64,000 nt of DNA from a virus (IMGVR_UViG_3300024262_000018:49960-113959), one strand, 5' to 3'; positions 29,490 to 40,056 are shown, counted from the stretch's first letter. A program made the numbers and translations. Notes: generated from the letters alone by a model not told the origin.

Positions 29490-30860
29490 ATGCAAAAAAA
29501 TATGTTTTATAATAAAGATCATAATACCGGATTATCTGAAACTGAAAAAAATATATTACTTAAAAATTGTAATTTAGAAGAATATAGAAAAGCAAATGGT
29601 CGAAGCTATTTAGAGACAAACGTATTAAAATCTTTTTTTAAAGACAAGAGTATATTCATTATAGCCTCAGATTGCCCCGCATACTCCCATAATCTACTGC
29701 AATTTAATATGAATGGTTTCTTCACATCCGAAGGTTTTTCTAAAGAGTGCGATTTTTCCATAAGAGATGAAGAGTTTATAACCCAATCAAGAAAATCTCA
29801 AGTTCAATATGATAATGAAAAATTCTTTGATGCATATTTCGAGGCATATCTATTCTATAAAAATAAAAAAGACAAGAAGATATGCGTAAAAATAGACAAA
29901 AGATATTCTTCAAATACATTCTATTATGAATTTTTCTCGACAGAAGAAAATTGCGATCTTTTTCTTAAGTGGAAAGACTATAGCAAAGAAAATAATTTTT
30001 ATAAGGGCAAAAAGCTCAATGCCGATTGTTCTTTCTTGCAATTAAACAATGATATTGAGTGGGATGATATAATATTAGAACCAGCTATAAAAACAGTTAT
30101 CCAAAATAATATCGAAAAACTATTCAGCGTATCCGATATTCTTAAAAAGAATGCTATCCAATTAAAAAGAGGTATAATATTATCTGGATGTCCAGGGACT
30201 GGAAAAACGCTTGTATGCAAAGTTTTATCTAAAGAACTTAAAACAACGGTTCTCTATGTGCTACCAACCCATATTCAAAGCAGAAATGATATAGCGACTA
30301 TATGCGATATGGCTAAAGATCTAGCCCCAACACTTTTGATATTAGAAGACATAGACTACATCGCCGAAGATAGAGAATCCCAGAATGGCTGGGCTGTTAT
30401 TGATTTAATGAATAAAATGGATGGGTTGGAAGGTTTTGACAATGTTATAACACTGGCAACAACGAACTTAATAACTAAAGTCGAAAATGCTATCAAAAAC
30501 AGACCTGGCCGATTTGATAGGGTAATAACTCTAGATGTTCCTTCCCACGAATTAAAACTTAAAATGTTTAAAAAATTCACAGAAAATCTTATTCTGGACA
30601 AGACTGTAGACTTTAGCAAGATAGTCAAGAAAACCGAGAAACTAAGCGGAGCCTATATAAAAGATCTTTGCATTACAGCAGCTCTAATCGCCCTTTATGA
30701 TAATAGTATGTCAAAAGCTCAGATTATAATTGTGAAACAAAAACATTTTATAGAAGCATTAACAGAGATTAATAATAAAGATTTCTCCCAAGCAGTATCA
30801 AATAGGCCCAGTAGAGTTATGGGTTTTGGAGTAGAACCGGGAGATGATTGCTCGGGATAA
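29490..30860 (+). CDS. AAA+ ATPase
   Basis: GCPGTGKT, LILEDID, ATTN, RPGRFD. Confidence 0.9.
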   Translation: MQKNMFYNKDHNTGLSETEKNILLKNCNLEEYRKANGRSYLETNVLKSFFKDKSIFIIASDCPAYSHNLLQFNMNGFFTSEGFSKECDFSIRDEEFITQSRKSQVQYDNEKFFDAYFEAYLFYKNKKDKKICVKIDKRYSSNTFYYEFFSTEENCDLFLKWKDYSKENNFYKGKKLNADCSFLQLNNDIEWDDIILEPAIKTVIQNNIEKLFSVSDILKKNAIQLKRGIILSGCPGTGKTLVCKVLSKELKTTVLYVLPTHIQSRNDIATICDMAKDLAPTLLILEDIDYIAEDRESQNGWAVIDLMNKMDGLEGFDNVITLATTNLITKVENAIKNRPGRFDRVITLDVPSHELKLKMFKKFTENLILDKTVDFSKIVKKTEKLSGAYIKDLCITAALIALYDNSMSKAQIIIVKQKHFIEALTEINNKDFSQAVSNRPSRVMGFGVEPGDDCSG

Positions 30861-31014
30861 TAAACAAAAATCTTTTTTTTAAAATCTTCAATTCTTCGTC
30901 CTACAAGTGCTTATAATAACTCCTATTTTTTCTAAGAGATTGAAAGAAAGGAATGATTTTACACTGTTTGTAAGTTCAAAATAACATATATTTTTAATAA
31001 ACTTTGGAGAAAAA

Positions 31015-34000
31015 ATGACAGAAACGATCAGCGATAATAAAACAAATCAATTTATAAACATGCCCGAGGTAGAAATAACTACAAGATTTGAAGATGTAAA
31101 AACCCAAACGACTGAAGATTATTTCCAAAATAATCAATTTTCTATTGACGCTTTTAATAAAAAATATACGCTATTCGATGGCGAGACATACGTTATGGCA
31201 ATAAAAAGAGTATGTGATTTTATCGCTTCAGCAGAAAAGACTAATAAACTAAAAACATATTGGTCAAACCGATGGTTTGATGAAATATATAATGACTGGT
31301 GGCACCCGGCAGGAAGCATAATGCAGGGAGCCGGATCAGAAAAAAAAATAAGCTTATCAAATTGTACGTGCATCTCCTTGGGTAATGAAAGACCAGATGA
31401 AGAGTGGGATAATCTAGAGTCTATTATTAAAAATTCGTCTTATGCTATAGCTAAAACCGCTGCTTATCGGCAAGGTTTAGGCATAGACTTCTCTCGCCTC
31501 AGGCCCAACAAAGCAAAAATAATGAACTCAGCAAACGAAGGGCAGGGCTGCACTCATTGGATGAAGTTTGCCGATTCTATTGGATATTATGTGGGACAAA
31601 AAGGAAGAATTCCTGCATTTTTATTTTCACTAAAATGCTCCCACCCAGATGTAGAAGAGTTTATAAAAATAAAATCCGATTATACAAAAATTCAAAATGC
31701 TAATATATCAGTACAATGCACAGATGATTTCTATAAGGCTATAGAAACTAATTCAGACTGGGATCTATCTTTTGAAATCCCAGAAGTTAAAATAGGACAA
31801 AAAGTTTATATTGACATTCATAGTACAGACATGGATAGTCAGTATGATAAAAAGAAAAAGAGATGGTATTATATCGCAAAAAAACATCGTCCTTTCGAAA
31901 AAATTTCCAAGAAGGTTAATGCTAAAGAACTTATGGAGCTTATCGCAAAATGCATGCATGCTAATGCTGAGCCAGGAATACAAAATATAGATATAGCAAG
32001 AAAATATTCAAACTCAGATTATGTTTATAATCCGGAAGATATATATGATAGTAGAATAGTAGGAACAAATGCCCCTCTTATCGGCTCTACAAAAATTCCT
32101 ACTAAAAACAAAATCACTACCATTAAAGAATTGTATGAAAAGTATGAGCAAGGAAATAATATTGAGTTAATATCTGACACTATTTCGTCTTTGCCCAAAG
32201 GGCATATTGATTGGCTGCAAAACAAAAATCAGAGAGGAATAAATTATTTCCCAACACAAACATTCCCCGTCCCAGCAAAAATTAAAAAATTCCCAAACCA
32301 AAAAGTTTGGAAAATTGTTTTGTCTAATCAAAAAGAGTTGTTCTGCAACGGAGAGCATTCATGGTTGGTTAATGGGGAAATGACACCAACTAAGAATATC
32401 AAAGCTGGAGATAAGATGTTCTCTCCCAACGGCGGGGTAGTTGATGCTTATGGTATTGAACCCAATTTTGAGTCTCAACCTTTTAAAGATGGCGAATTAA
32501 TTGGGTATATTGTTGGTGACGGCTGGATAGGAAAGAAAAGCAATATACATAATGAATCTATTGGTATTGTTTATGACGAAGATTGTGAATATTACAGTAA
32601 ATTATTCAGAAAGAAATTTTTTGAAATAACCGGAACATCTTTAAATTACGAAAGAGATAGAGGGAAGATTAAAGAAGTTAGAACAGAAAGCACTAAGTTT
32701 GTACAATGGGTAAAGTCATTTGGTTTTGATAAAAACAAAAACCATACTCCTGCACGATGCTTTGAAGATATTGATTTTTGCAGAGGTTTTCTTAGAGGCT
32801 TGTTCCAAGCAGATTCTCATGTAGAGCTTAGTAAACGTCAAAGTCGCGTAACCTTAACATCTGTTTCTAAATCATTAATTTTAGATGTAGAATCGTTGTT
32901 GTCTAATTGGTTTGGTATTTATCCTACGATTAAGGAATCAGAGTGTAGAGGAGTCCCATACGGAGATGGGAAAATCAGTAATGCAAAAAATAGATTCGAT
33001 TTACGTTTCGGAAGATATGATTTTATTGATAAATTTACAAAAAATGTAGGATTGATAGGTAAAAAGGGCGAGAAGTTATTTGCTGCATTAAAAAATAATA
33101 ATCAAAGAAATATTCGTAATTTCAAATTAGTCACTTCAGTAGAAGAAACAGATGATGTCCAAGATATGTACTGTGCTGTTGTTGATGGCATTCATTCCTT
33201 TGTTGCAAATGGATGTTTGTCCTCAAATTGTTCCGAGCAGTATCTTTCGCGCGATGGGCTTTGCGTTCTATCTTCTGAAAATATGGGGAGATTCGATACG
33301 GATCCGGAGATCTATGAAAAGCAACAGGAACGAATTTCCTATTCAATGAATAGATTTCTTGATGATGTTAATACAATGGAAATAAAGAGCGGGACTTATG
33401 CAACGCCATTTCAAAAAATAGGTATAGAAAAACTTAGAAGAACAGGAGCGGGGGTTACTAACATAGATGGGTGGCTGTTTAAAAAGGGATTACAATATGG
33501 AACACCTGAAGCTAATGAGGCCGTGGCTAAATTAATAGAAACGTTTAACTATTACCTTTATAAGTCTTCGATAGAAATTGGAAAAGAAAAAGGTAGTTTC
33601 GGGTTATTTGATAGGTCTAAATTCGAAAAATCTCCATTTATAAAAAGAATGATTGAAAAAGGTTTAATTTTTGAAACTATAAGAAATTGCACGTGCTCAA
33701 GCATCGCTCCAACAGGTACGATCTCTCTTATGTTTCGAGGGCTTGTTTACTCGTATGGAATAGAGCCGTCTTTTGGTGTCTATTTCTGGAAACGAACGAG
33801 GATGTCTGGCAACTATGAATATTATTTTTATGTTCCATATGTTGTAAGAGAACTATTAAAGAAATCAGGAATAAACCTCCCGATGGAAGGAGACTGCATA
33901 AAGGACACTATCGACGGGAAATACGGAAAACCAATTGCTAAAATAATAGACGAGGAGCTAAAAAATATAAATTTTAACTTTAAAGAATCTACCGAAATAA

Positions 34001-34857
34001 AAGCAATGGACAAATTAGATCTCATGGCAAAGGTTATGAAATGGATAGATTCATCTATCTCTGTCACTTATATGTTGCCAGAAAATTCAAAATGGCAAGA
34101 TGTATATGATTTTATTATAGAAGCCCATAAAAAAGAAGTTAAAAGTATTGCGTGTTTTCCTGATAAAAAAATGTATGGTATAGTCTCACTAATTCCATTT
34201 TTAGATTTAGCAGTAAATCTTACGAACGAAGGTGTAGAAATATCAGATCAAAATTTCTCCGAAGATGAGATAGATTTGTTAAAAAAACTGACAAATAGAT
34301 ATCAAGAGGAAAATGTCGAAAATAAAATAATAAAAACAACCGCTCCGAAACGCCCAAAATTACTTCCCTGCGATATGCATCACATTAAAGTTACAAAGAA
34401 ATTAGACAAAATAAGAACTTTTGATTATATTGTGTTCGTAGGTCTATTACACAACAATCCATACGAAGTTTTTGTTATGGAAAATGGACATATTAATAAA
34501 AAACACAAACAAGGAACAATAACTAAAAAGAAAAGAGGAGTTTATGGTGCGAATTTTGATGAGGAATCGATTGAAGATATAACATCTAATTCTTCCGAAA
34601 CAGAAGATATTTTAACCCGCCTTGTCTCTACAAGTCTTAGGCATGGGGCAGATATAGCCTTTATTGTAGAACAACTTGAAAAATCAGAAGGAGATCTATT
34701 CTGTTTTTCAAAAGCGATAAGTAGAGTACTAAAAAAATATATAAAAGACGGATCTGTTGTAAACGGAATAAGTTGTCAAAAGTGTGGGGGTAAAAATATG
34801 ATTAGACAATGTGGGTGTGCTGTCTGTGGAGATTGTGGATATAGCAAATGCGAATAA
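31015..34857 (+). CDS. nrdJ: class II (B12-dependent) ribonucleotide reductase with intein
   Basis: PAGSIMQG, NANISV, AEPG, TNA|CSEQ, RRTGAG, SIAPTGT, C-terminal TSCPD-like region and Zn ribbon. Confidence 0.85.
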   Translation: MTETISDNKTNQFINMPEVEITTRFEDVKTQTTEDYFQNNQFSIDAFNKKYTLFDGETYVMAIKRVCDFIASAEKTNKLKTYWSNRWFDEIYNDWWHPAGSIMQGAGSEKKISLSNCTCISLGNERPDEEWDNLESIIKNSSYAIAKTAAYRQGLGIDFSRLRPNKAKIMNSANEGQGCTHWMKFADSIGYYVGQKGRIPAFLFSLKCSHPDVEEFIKIKSDYTKIQNANISVQCTDDFYKAIETNSDWDLSFEIPEVKIGQKVYIDIHSTDMDSQYDKKKKRWYYIAKKHRPFEKISKKVNAKELMELIAKCMHANAEPGIQNIDIARKYSNSDYVYNPEDIYDSRIVGTNAPLIGSTKIPTKNKITTIKELYEKYEQGNNIELISDTISSLPKGHIDWLQNKNQRGINYFPTQTFPVPAKIKKFPNQKVWKIVLSNQKELFCNGEHSWLVNGEMTPTKNIKAGDKMFSPNGGVVDAYGIEPNFESQPFKDGELIGYIVGDGWIGKKSNIHNESIGIVYDEDCEYYSKLFRKKFFEITGTSLNYERDRGKIKEVRTESTKFVQWVKSFGFDKNKNHTPARCFEDIDFCRGFLRGLFQADSHVELSKRQSRVTLTSVSKSLILDVESLLSNWFGIYPTIKESECRGVPYGDGKISNAKNRFDLRFGRYDFIDKFTKNVGLIGKKGEKLFAALKNNNQRNIRNFKLVTSVEETDDVQDMYCAVVDGIHSFVANGCLSSNCSEQYLSRDGLCVLSSENMGRFDTDPEIYEKQQERISYSMNRFLDDVNTMEIKSGTYATPFQKIGIEKLRRTGAGVTNIDGWLFKKGLQYGTPEANEAVAKLIETFNYYLYKSSIEIGKEKGSFGLFDRSKFEKSPFIKRMIEKGLIFETIRNCTCSSIAPTGTISLMFRGLVYSYGIEPSFGVYFWKRTRMSGNYEYYFYVPYVVRELLKKSGINLPMEGDCIKDTIDGKYGKPIAKIIDEELKNINFNFKESTEIKAMDKLDLMAKVMKWIDSSISVTYMLPENSKWQDVYDFIIEAHKKEVKSIACFPDKKMYGIVSLIPFLDLAVNLTNEGVEISDQNFSEDEIDLLKKLTNRYQEENVENKIIKTTAPKRPKLLPCDMHHIKVTKKLDKIRTFDYIVFVGLLHNNPYEVFVMENGHINKKHKQGTITKKKRGVYGANFDEESIEDITSNSSETEDILTRLVSTSLRHGADIAFIVEQLEKSEGDLFCFSKAISRVLKKYIKDGSVVNGISCQKCGGKNMIRQCGCAVCGDCGYSKCE
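32074..33228 (+). mobile_element. class 3-type intein (Pro1) with LAGLIDADG endonuclease at the RNR active-site Cys
   Basis: PLIGSTKI...CNGEHSW...LIGYIVGDG...FLRGLFQADS...MYCAVVDGIHSFVANGCLSSN|C. Confidence 0.85.
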
Positions 34858-34870
34858 AAGGAGATTGGTA

Positions 34871-35380
34871 GTGAAAAACTTAGATAAACAAACAAATATT
34901 ATTAAATTTAAAAAGTTAGATAAAAAGGCAATTATTCCAAAGTATCAAACTGCGGGATCGGCGGGATTCGATTTTCATGCCGTTATAGATAAGATAAGAT
35001 ATCACGGAGAATTACCCGAAGAGGGCAAAAATGACATTGAAATCAAACCGGGACAGCAAGCTATTATAAAAACAGGGTTATCGGTAGAAATACCTCAAGG
35101 TTGGCAGATGGAGATAAGACCACGATCTGGCCTAGCCTTCAAGCATAGTATCACTATTACAAATGCCCCCGGCACAATCGATTCAGACTATGTTGATAGC
35201 GAAATAAAAATTATCCTTTATAACCTTGGAACTGAAGATTTTATTGTTAAACAAGGAGATAGAATTGCTCAAGGAGTAGTTATGCCAGCCCCGCAATTCA
35301 AAATAGAAGAAATTCAAGACTTTTCAGAAGAAGCATTAAAAAGAAATCGTAATGGTGGTTTTGGCTCAACCGGAAAATAG
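34871..35380 (+). CDS. dut: trimeric dUTPase
   Basis: AGFD, RPRSGL, GTIDSDY, GDRIAQ, RNGGFGSTG. Confidence 0.95.
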   Translation: MKNLDKQTNIIKFKKLDKKAIIPKYQTAGSAGFDFHAVIDKIRYHGELPEEGKNDIEIKPGQQAIIKTGLSVEIPQGWQMEIRPRSGLAFKHSITITNAPGTIDSDYVDSEIKIILYNLGTEDFIVKQGDRIAQGVVMPAPQFKIEEIQDFSEEALKRNRNGGFGSTGK

Positions 35381-35453
35381 TTAAATTTCCCAAAGGAAAT
35401 CTATTGTCTCTAGAGTATCAGATATAATGGTCTAATATTTTGGAGATAAATTT

Positions 35454-36380
35454 ATGAATAATGTAAATTGCACAACTTGTAATAAAGAGTTTAATGTATA
35501 TCCATCCCGTTTCGCTTCTAGAAAAAATTTCTTTTGTTGTAAAAAATGTGAAGCTATATATACCAGCGAAACACGATCTCAAAAAATAAAATGTAATTGT
35601 ATTATATGTAAAAAAGAGATAAAAATAAAACTTTCTCAATTCAACCGCAGGAACAGAAACCAAGAAATAACATGTTCTACAAAATGTATGGGTATACATC
35701 GACAAAATAAATATACAGGAAGAAATAATCCTAATTGCAGATATAATTTAGACGATAATTTTTTCAACAAAATAGATTGCCAGAAAAAAGCCTATATTTT
35801 GGGATTTATTGCAAGTGACGGAACTGTTGCTAAAAATAATGCTATAACAATTTCAATAAAAAAAATAGATATAGATATCCTTGAAAAAATGCGAGATTTT
35901 ATTTTAAAAGACCTACCTATAGCCTATGGCAGTGCTTCAAAAAAAGATTTTGTTACTTTAAGACTCTGCTCAAAACAGATGTCAAAAGACATATGTAAAT
36001 GGCTAAAAATACATCCTGGTAAAAAAGACTTTATAGTACAACTGCCAAACTTAGATAAGGAAATGCAATGGCATTTTTTAAGAGGGTATTTTGATGGAGA
36101 TGGGAGTGTCGGTATAAAAAAACGACGATACAAAGATAAAATGCATTTATATTTAACTTCTAACATCGCATCAACCTCAATAGAAATTAAACAACAAATT
36201 AAAGAACTAGTAGGATTCGGGGGAGTTTATGCTATGGCAATATACTGGTCGCATAGTCAATCTATGAACTTTTTAAGTAGATTATATAAAAACTCTTCTA
36301 TTCAAATGAACAGAAAATATAACAGATATCAAGAATGTCTAAAAATTACAGATAAAAGGTTAAAAGAAAGCATAATATAA
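35454..36380 (+). CDS. free-standing LAGLIDADG homing endonuclease with N-terminal Cys-rich repeats
   Basis: AYILGFIASDG and HFLRGYFDGDG. Confidence 0.9.
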   Translation: MNNVNCTTCNKEFNVYPSRFASRKNFFCCKKCEAIYTSETRSQKIKCNCIICKKEIKIKLSQFNRRNRNQEITCSTKCMGIHRQNKYTGRNNPNCRYNLDDNFFNKIDCQKKAYILGFIASDGTVAKNNAITISIKKIDIDILEKMRDFILKDLPIAYGSASKKDFVTLRLCSKQMSKDICKWLKIHPGKKDFIVQLPNLDKEMQWHFLRGYFDGDGSVGIKKRRYKDKMHLYLTSNIASTSIEIKQQIKELVGFGGVYAMAIYWSHSQSMNFLSRLYKNSSIQMNRKYNRYQECLKITDKRLKESII

Positions 36381-36469
36381 TGCCAGCTCCTATTTTCTCT
36401 ATAATAGAAGTTGATGAATTAACAGAAACCGAAAGAGGAACAGTAGGCTTTGGATCTACTAGAAAATAA
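36380..36469 (+). pseudogene. displaced duplicate of the dUTPase C-terminus
   Basis: MPAPIFSIIEVDELTETERGTVGFGSTRK* parallels dut MPAPQFKIEE...RNGGFGSTGK*. Confidence 0.85.
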
Positions 36470-36494
36470 TAACTAAATAATAATGATTTATACT

Positions 36495-36518
36495 AAAAAG
36501 CCCCTTTTGGGGCTTTTT
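36495..36518 (+). terminator. intrinsic terminator
   Basis: AAAAAGCCCC-TTTT-GGGGCTTTTT. Confidence 0.85.
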
Positions 36519-36705
36519 ATTTATCAGCAATTTTTAATTCCATTTATAGAGGATTTTCTTATTTTTTAACGAACTATTATAGCAATAGTATACTGTCCTC
36601 TAATCAAAAGTCTAACATAGAGCGTACGTAGTATAAGTCTCTTAGCGGTCAGAAACACTATATTTATATTTTTAATAAACCCGAACCGATTACGGAACCA
36701 TAACG

Positions 36706-38898
36706 ATGGCAGATAACTCTTCAAGTTCAAGCTCTTTAGGAGTTTCTAGTTCTTCTAGTTCTTCTAGTTCTTCTAGTTCTTTAGGAATTTCAAGTTCTTC
36801 AAGTTCTTCGAGTTCTTTGGGCGTTTCTAGTTCAAGTTCATTTGGAGTTTCAAGCTCTTCAAGTTCTTCTTCAAATTCTTCAAGCTCAGGATTGGTAGAT
36901 TTAAGGATTCATGCGACTCGTTCTATTGATTCTAAATTATCTTTATCTAAAGAGAAGCCTATATTTTTACAAGAGCCCATAGCAACTATAAGATCCCTTT
37001 TTTATGGCGATATGAAATCTTTCAGAAATGCAAATTGCGAAGACAATACTCCAGTTAAATTTATTGCTGTGTATGGAGCATCTTTACCAGCCCCGCTCGT
37101 GGAAAGCACAATATACTATACAACTGAGCTCGTGGACACCTCCTCTATATATGTAAGATATATTCCGGACGGACCAACAGTTGCATTTTCAGCAGATCCA
37201 CCGTCGCAAACACTAGCTCCCCCGGGGGCTATAGAAATGTATCCTGCTAGCGGGGAATATGCTTATAATACAGATTGCTGGTTAAATGGATTAGATATTT
37301 CGAGTATTAGCCCCTGGAATAGTAATGAAACATATTCTTATCGCGGGGCAGGAACACTAATAAGCCCAAGACATGTTCTTTTTTCTCAACACGTCTTAAA
37401 TCCTATTGTCGGTGATTATATGCATTTTGTATCTCAAGACGGAACTGTAACTAGACGGCAATTGACTGGTTTTCTGTCGCACCCAGATTATGTAGCTTAT
37501 TATCCTGATATTAAAATTGGATTACTTGAATCAGACGTGCCTTCAACAATTTCTTTTGCGAAAATATTACCGGATAACTGGCAAAATTATTTTATCCCTG
37601 ATGTCAGAGGAGATAAATATTTACTATCTGATCTTCCGATCCTATTGACCGATCAAACCAACAAAGCACTAGTTTGGGATATAGACTATATGGGTTCGTG
37701 GTACGGAATGTATCAAAACGAGCTAAAAACGAAAGTCCCAACAGATCCTTTGCGATATTTTTTCTGCGAAGATAGCATTCCTGGCGACTCTGGCGAGCCA
37801 TTGAGTCTAATAATAAATAGCGAGGTAGTGATTTTAAGCACAATAACATTTGGAACGACTGGAATTCTCGGAGACACGCCAGCAGATGAGCAAATTTATG
37901 GAACAGATATCACTCATTTTAAAGATGATATAAATACAATGATGGATACTCTTGGTGGAGGATATCAACTTACTGAAATAGATTTAAGTGATTTTTTTGA
38001 TTATACTACAATGTCTTCCAGTTCAAGCTCTTTAGGAGTTTCTAGTTCTTCAAGTTCATTAGGAGTTTCCAGCTCAAGTTCATTAGGAGTTTCTAGTTCA
38101 AGTTCATTAGGAGTTTCCAGTTCAAGTTCATTAGGAGTTTCTAGTTCTTCAAGTTCATTAGGAGTTTCTAGTTCTTCAAGTTCATTAGGAGTTTCAAGTT
38201 CAAGTTCATTAGGAGTTTCAAGTTCTTCAAGCTCTTTGGGCATTTCAAGTTCTAGTTCATTAGGGGTTTCCAGTTCAAGCTCTTTAGGAGTTTCTAGTTC
38301 TTCGAGTTCTGTAGAGGTCTCCAGTTCTAGCTCATTAGGAGTTTCCAGCTCAAGTTCATTGGGAGTTTCCAGTTCTTCCAGCTCATCAAGTTCATCTGGA
38401 GATGACGATATACTGGTTTTTCCACTAGAATTGTATACAACTATAAACACAGATATTATGAGGCTAATTGGAGAAGACAACGATGAATTTTTGATTCGTT
38501 TAAATTCCAGAACTACCATAATAATAATTGACGGAGATACGCTAGAATGGTATAATCCGGTAACAGGTTATACTATTATATTGTCTTTAGAAAACGATAC
38601 AGATTTTATGCATATTATAGATAGAAATTGTTATATGCAACTTTTATCAATTAACCCATTTAGAATAATATTTTATTTACAGGGAATAAATTGCAATAAT
38701 GAGCATCTAACGCAAGATTTAACAGCAGATTTGACGGATGACTTAAATGGAATAAATGAAGAAAGCCCACCCAAATTGTGGAGTTCTTATAATGAAGACT
38801 ATAAAAATTGGTTACATTTTAAGATTCTTGCTAAACAAGGGGTTATTTGTACTAGCGAGATTCCAAACGAACCAAAAATAGAAGAATATACCGGATAA
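36706..38898 (+). CDS. Ser-rich repeat protein with trypsin-like serine protease domain
   Basis: (LGV)S5-6 repeats flanking GTLISPRHVLFSQH / YPDIKIG / PGDSGEP. Confidence 0.75.
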   Translation: MADNSSSSSSLGVSSSSSSSSSSSSLGISSSSSSSSSLGVSSSSSFGVSSSSSSSSNSSSSGLVDLRIHATRSIDSKLSLSKEKPIFLQEPIATIRSLFYGDMKSFRNANCEDNTPVKFIAVYGASLPAPLVESTIYYTTELVDTSSIYVRYIPDGPTVAFSADPPSQTLAPPGAIEMYPASGEYAYNTDCWLNGLDISSISPWNSNETYSYRGAGTLISPRHVLFSQHVLNPIVGDYMHFVSQDGTVTRRQLTGFLSHPDYVAYYPDIKIGLLESDVPSTISFAKILPDNWQNYFIPDVRGDKYLLSDLPILLTDQTNKALVWDIDYMGSWYGMYQNELKTKVPTDPLRYFFCEDSIPGDSGEPLSLIINSEVVILSTITFGTTGILGDTPADEQIYGTDITHFKDDINTMMDTLGGGYQLTEIDLSDFFDYTTMSSSSSSLGVSSSSSSLGVSSSSSLGVSSSSSLGVSSSSSLGVSSSSSSLGVSSSSSSLGVSSSSSLGVSSSSSSLGISSSSSLGVSSSSSLGVSSSSSSVEVSSSSSLGVSSSSSLGVSSSSSSSSSSGDDDILVFPLELYTTINTDIMRLIGEDNDEFLIRLNSRTTIIIIDGDTLEWYNPVTGYTIILSLENDTDFMHIIDRNCYMQLLSINPFRIIFYLQGINCNNEHLTQDLTADLTDDLNGINEESPPKLWSSYNEDYKNWLHFKILAKQGVICTSEIPNEPKIEEYTG
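38014..38397 (+). repeat. coding tandem repeats LGVSSSSS(S)
   Basis: Degenerate 24/27-nt units such as TTAGGAGTTTCTAGTTCAAGTTCA. Confidence 0.9.
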
Positions 38899-39275
38899 GA
38901 AAATATTTATTTTTCTTTAAGCTTTGAATTGTTTATGCCGAAGTACATATTAACAAAGCAGATTGTTCTTACTTATTCGGGTTTTACTTGTACTGTAAGG
39001 CATAGCCGAAAGTGAAAATCCAGTTGCCGTTAATGTTATAATACAAAGACGACTATAAAAGTATTATAATGAAGATTTCTGATAAATTGGGCGAGTTTCC
39101 AACAGGAATCCTACTTTGAACGGTGTCGTCAAGACCTAATAAGTATGCATTCGATTATATTCTTATTTTTCCACTTCCTATAAGGGGATTTTCTACCTAT
39201 TTTTTTCTCCGGTGTACACTGAGTACATAGAGTACATAAAAAAATATTTAAAAAATAATAAAAAAGAAACTACTA

Positions 39276-39300
39276 ACCGTTCTTGAAAAGAACGGTTTTT
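39276..39300. terminator. hairpin/terminator between convergent genes
   Basis: AACCGTTCTT-GAA-AAGAACGGTT followed by T residues. Confidence 0.6.
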
Positions 39301-39317
39301 GCGAGCGAAGCGAGCTT

Positions 39318-39683
39318 TTAAACGATAGGAAGTTCTACATTTCCAGATAAAACTTTATTTAATTGATATAATGAATAAATTTCAGCATCAAAACACCCGA
39401 AAACAATTAAAGTTTTATTTGATGTTTCAAAGAAATCTTTAATAATATCTTTTTGTGTTTTATTTGCTGGTTTTGTTAGTTGTATATTTAATTCTGAATC
39501 TTTTGTTTTAATGATGCGAATATAATTATTTTCAAAAGCAATTCTATAATACAGGATGGTTTTATCTTCTACAAACGGTATGTTAAATATTTTTGCAATA
39601 CTGTGAGCATGATCCTGCGCTGGAGATGTTATAAGCTGTCCATCAGGAGATAACCAATAACCAATATCTACATTATCTTTCAT
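39318..39683 (-). CDS. hypothetical phage protein
   Basis: GYWLSPDG...H...YIRI motif. Confidence 0.65.
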   Translation of the reverse strand: MKDNVDIGYWLSPDGQLITSPAQDHAHSIAKIFNIPFVEDKTILYYRIAFENNYIRIIKTKDSELNIQLTKPANKTQKDIIKDFFETSNKTLIVFGCFDAEIYSLYQLNKVLSGNVELPIV

Positions 39684-39756
39684 ATTTTCTATTTCCTATT
39701 ATCTTAGTGTTCTATTTGCTTCAATAAATACCTTTTGATTTTTTTAAAAATAAATA

Positions 39757-40056
39757 TTATAATCCGAGATTCTCATATTCCCATATAACTGAAGAAAGTT
39801 TATTATATGCTTTATGAGGACTTAATACTTCTGATAACAATAGACTTTTAGCTCGCTGTACGAAATTATTTATTTTTTCAGAAACAGACAGGCTTTCATC
39901 ATATTTTGATAAATAATTTTTAAGAACAGGAAGTAGTGAATCAATAGTCCCCATATCTCCTTTGTCAGAAGCTTTTGTTATACTCTCCATTACACTGCAA
40001 ATCCAGCGTTCTTGCGATGAAAGTGTTTCTTTGTTTTTTGTATACCAATTTGTCAT
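39757..40056 (-). CDS. hypothetical protein (N-terminal NWY motif)
   Basis: MTNWYTK. Confidence 0.6.
   Translation of the reverse strand: MTNWYTKNKETLSSQERWICSVMESITKASDKGDMGTIDSLLPVLKNYLSKYDESLSVSEKINNFVQRAKSLLLSEVLSPHKAYNKLSSVIWEYENLGL

Noticed and set aside
35381-36379. Group I intron in dut
   Set aside because: dut is complete with its own stop, and the spacers around the endonuclease ORF are too short for a ribozyme core.
38001-38519. Minus-strand ELELETPN repeat ORF; repeats resembling a CRISPR array
   Set aside because: Antisense shadow of the poly-Ser coding repeats; no unique spacers and no cas genes.
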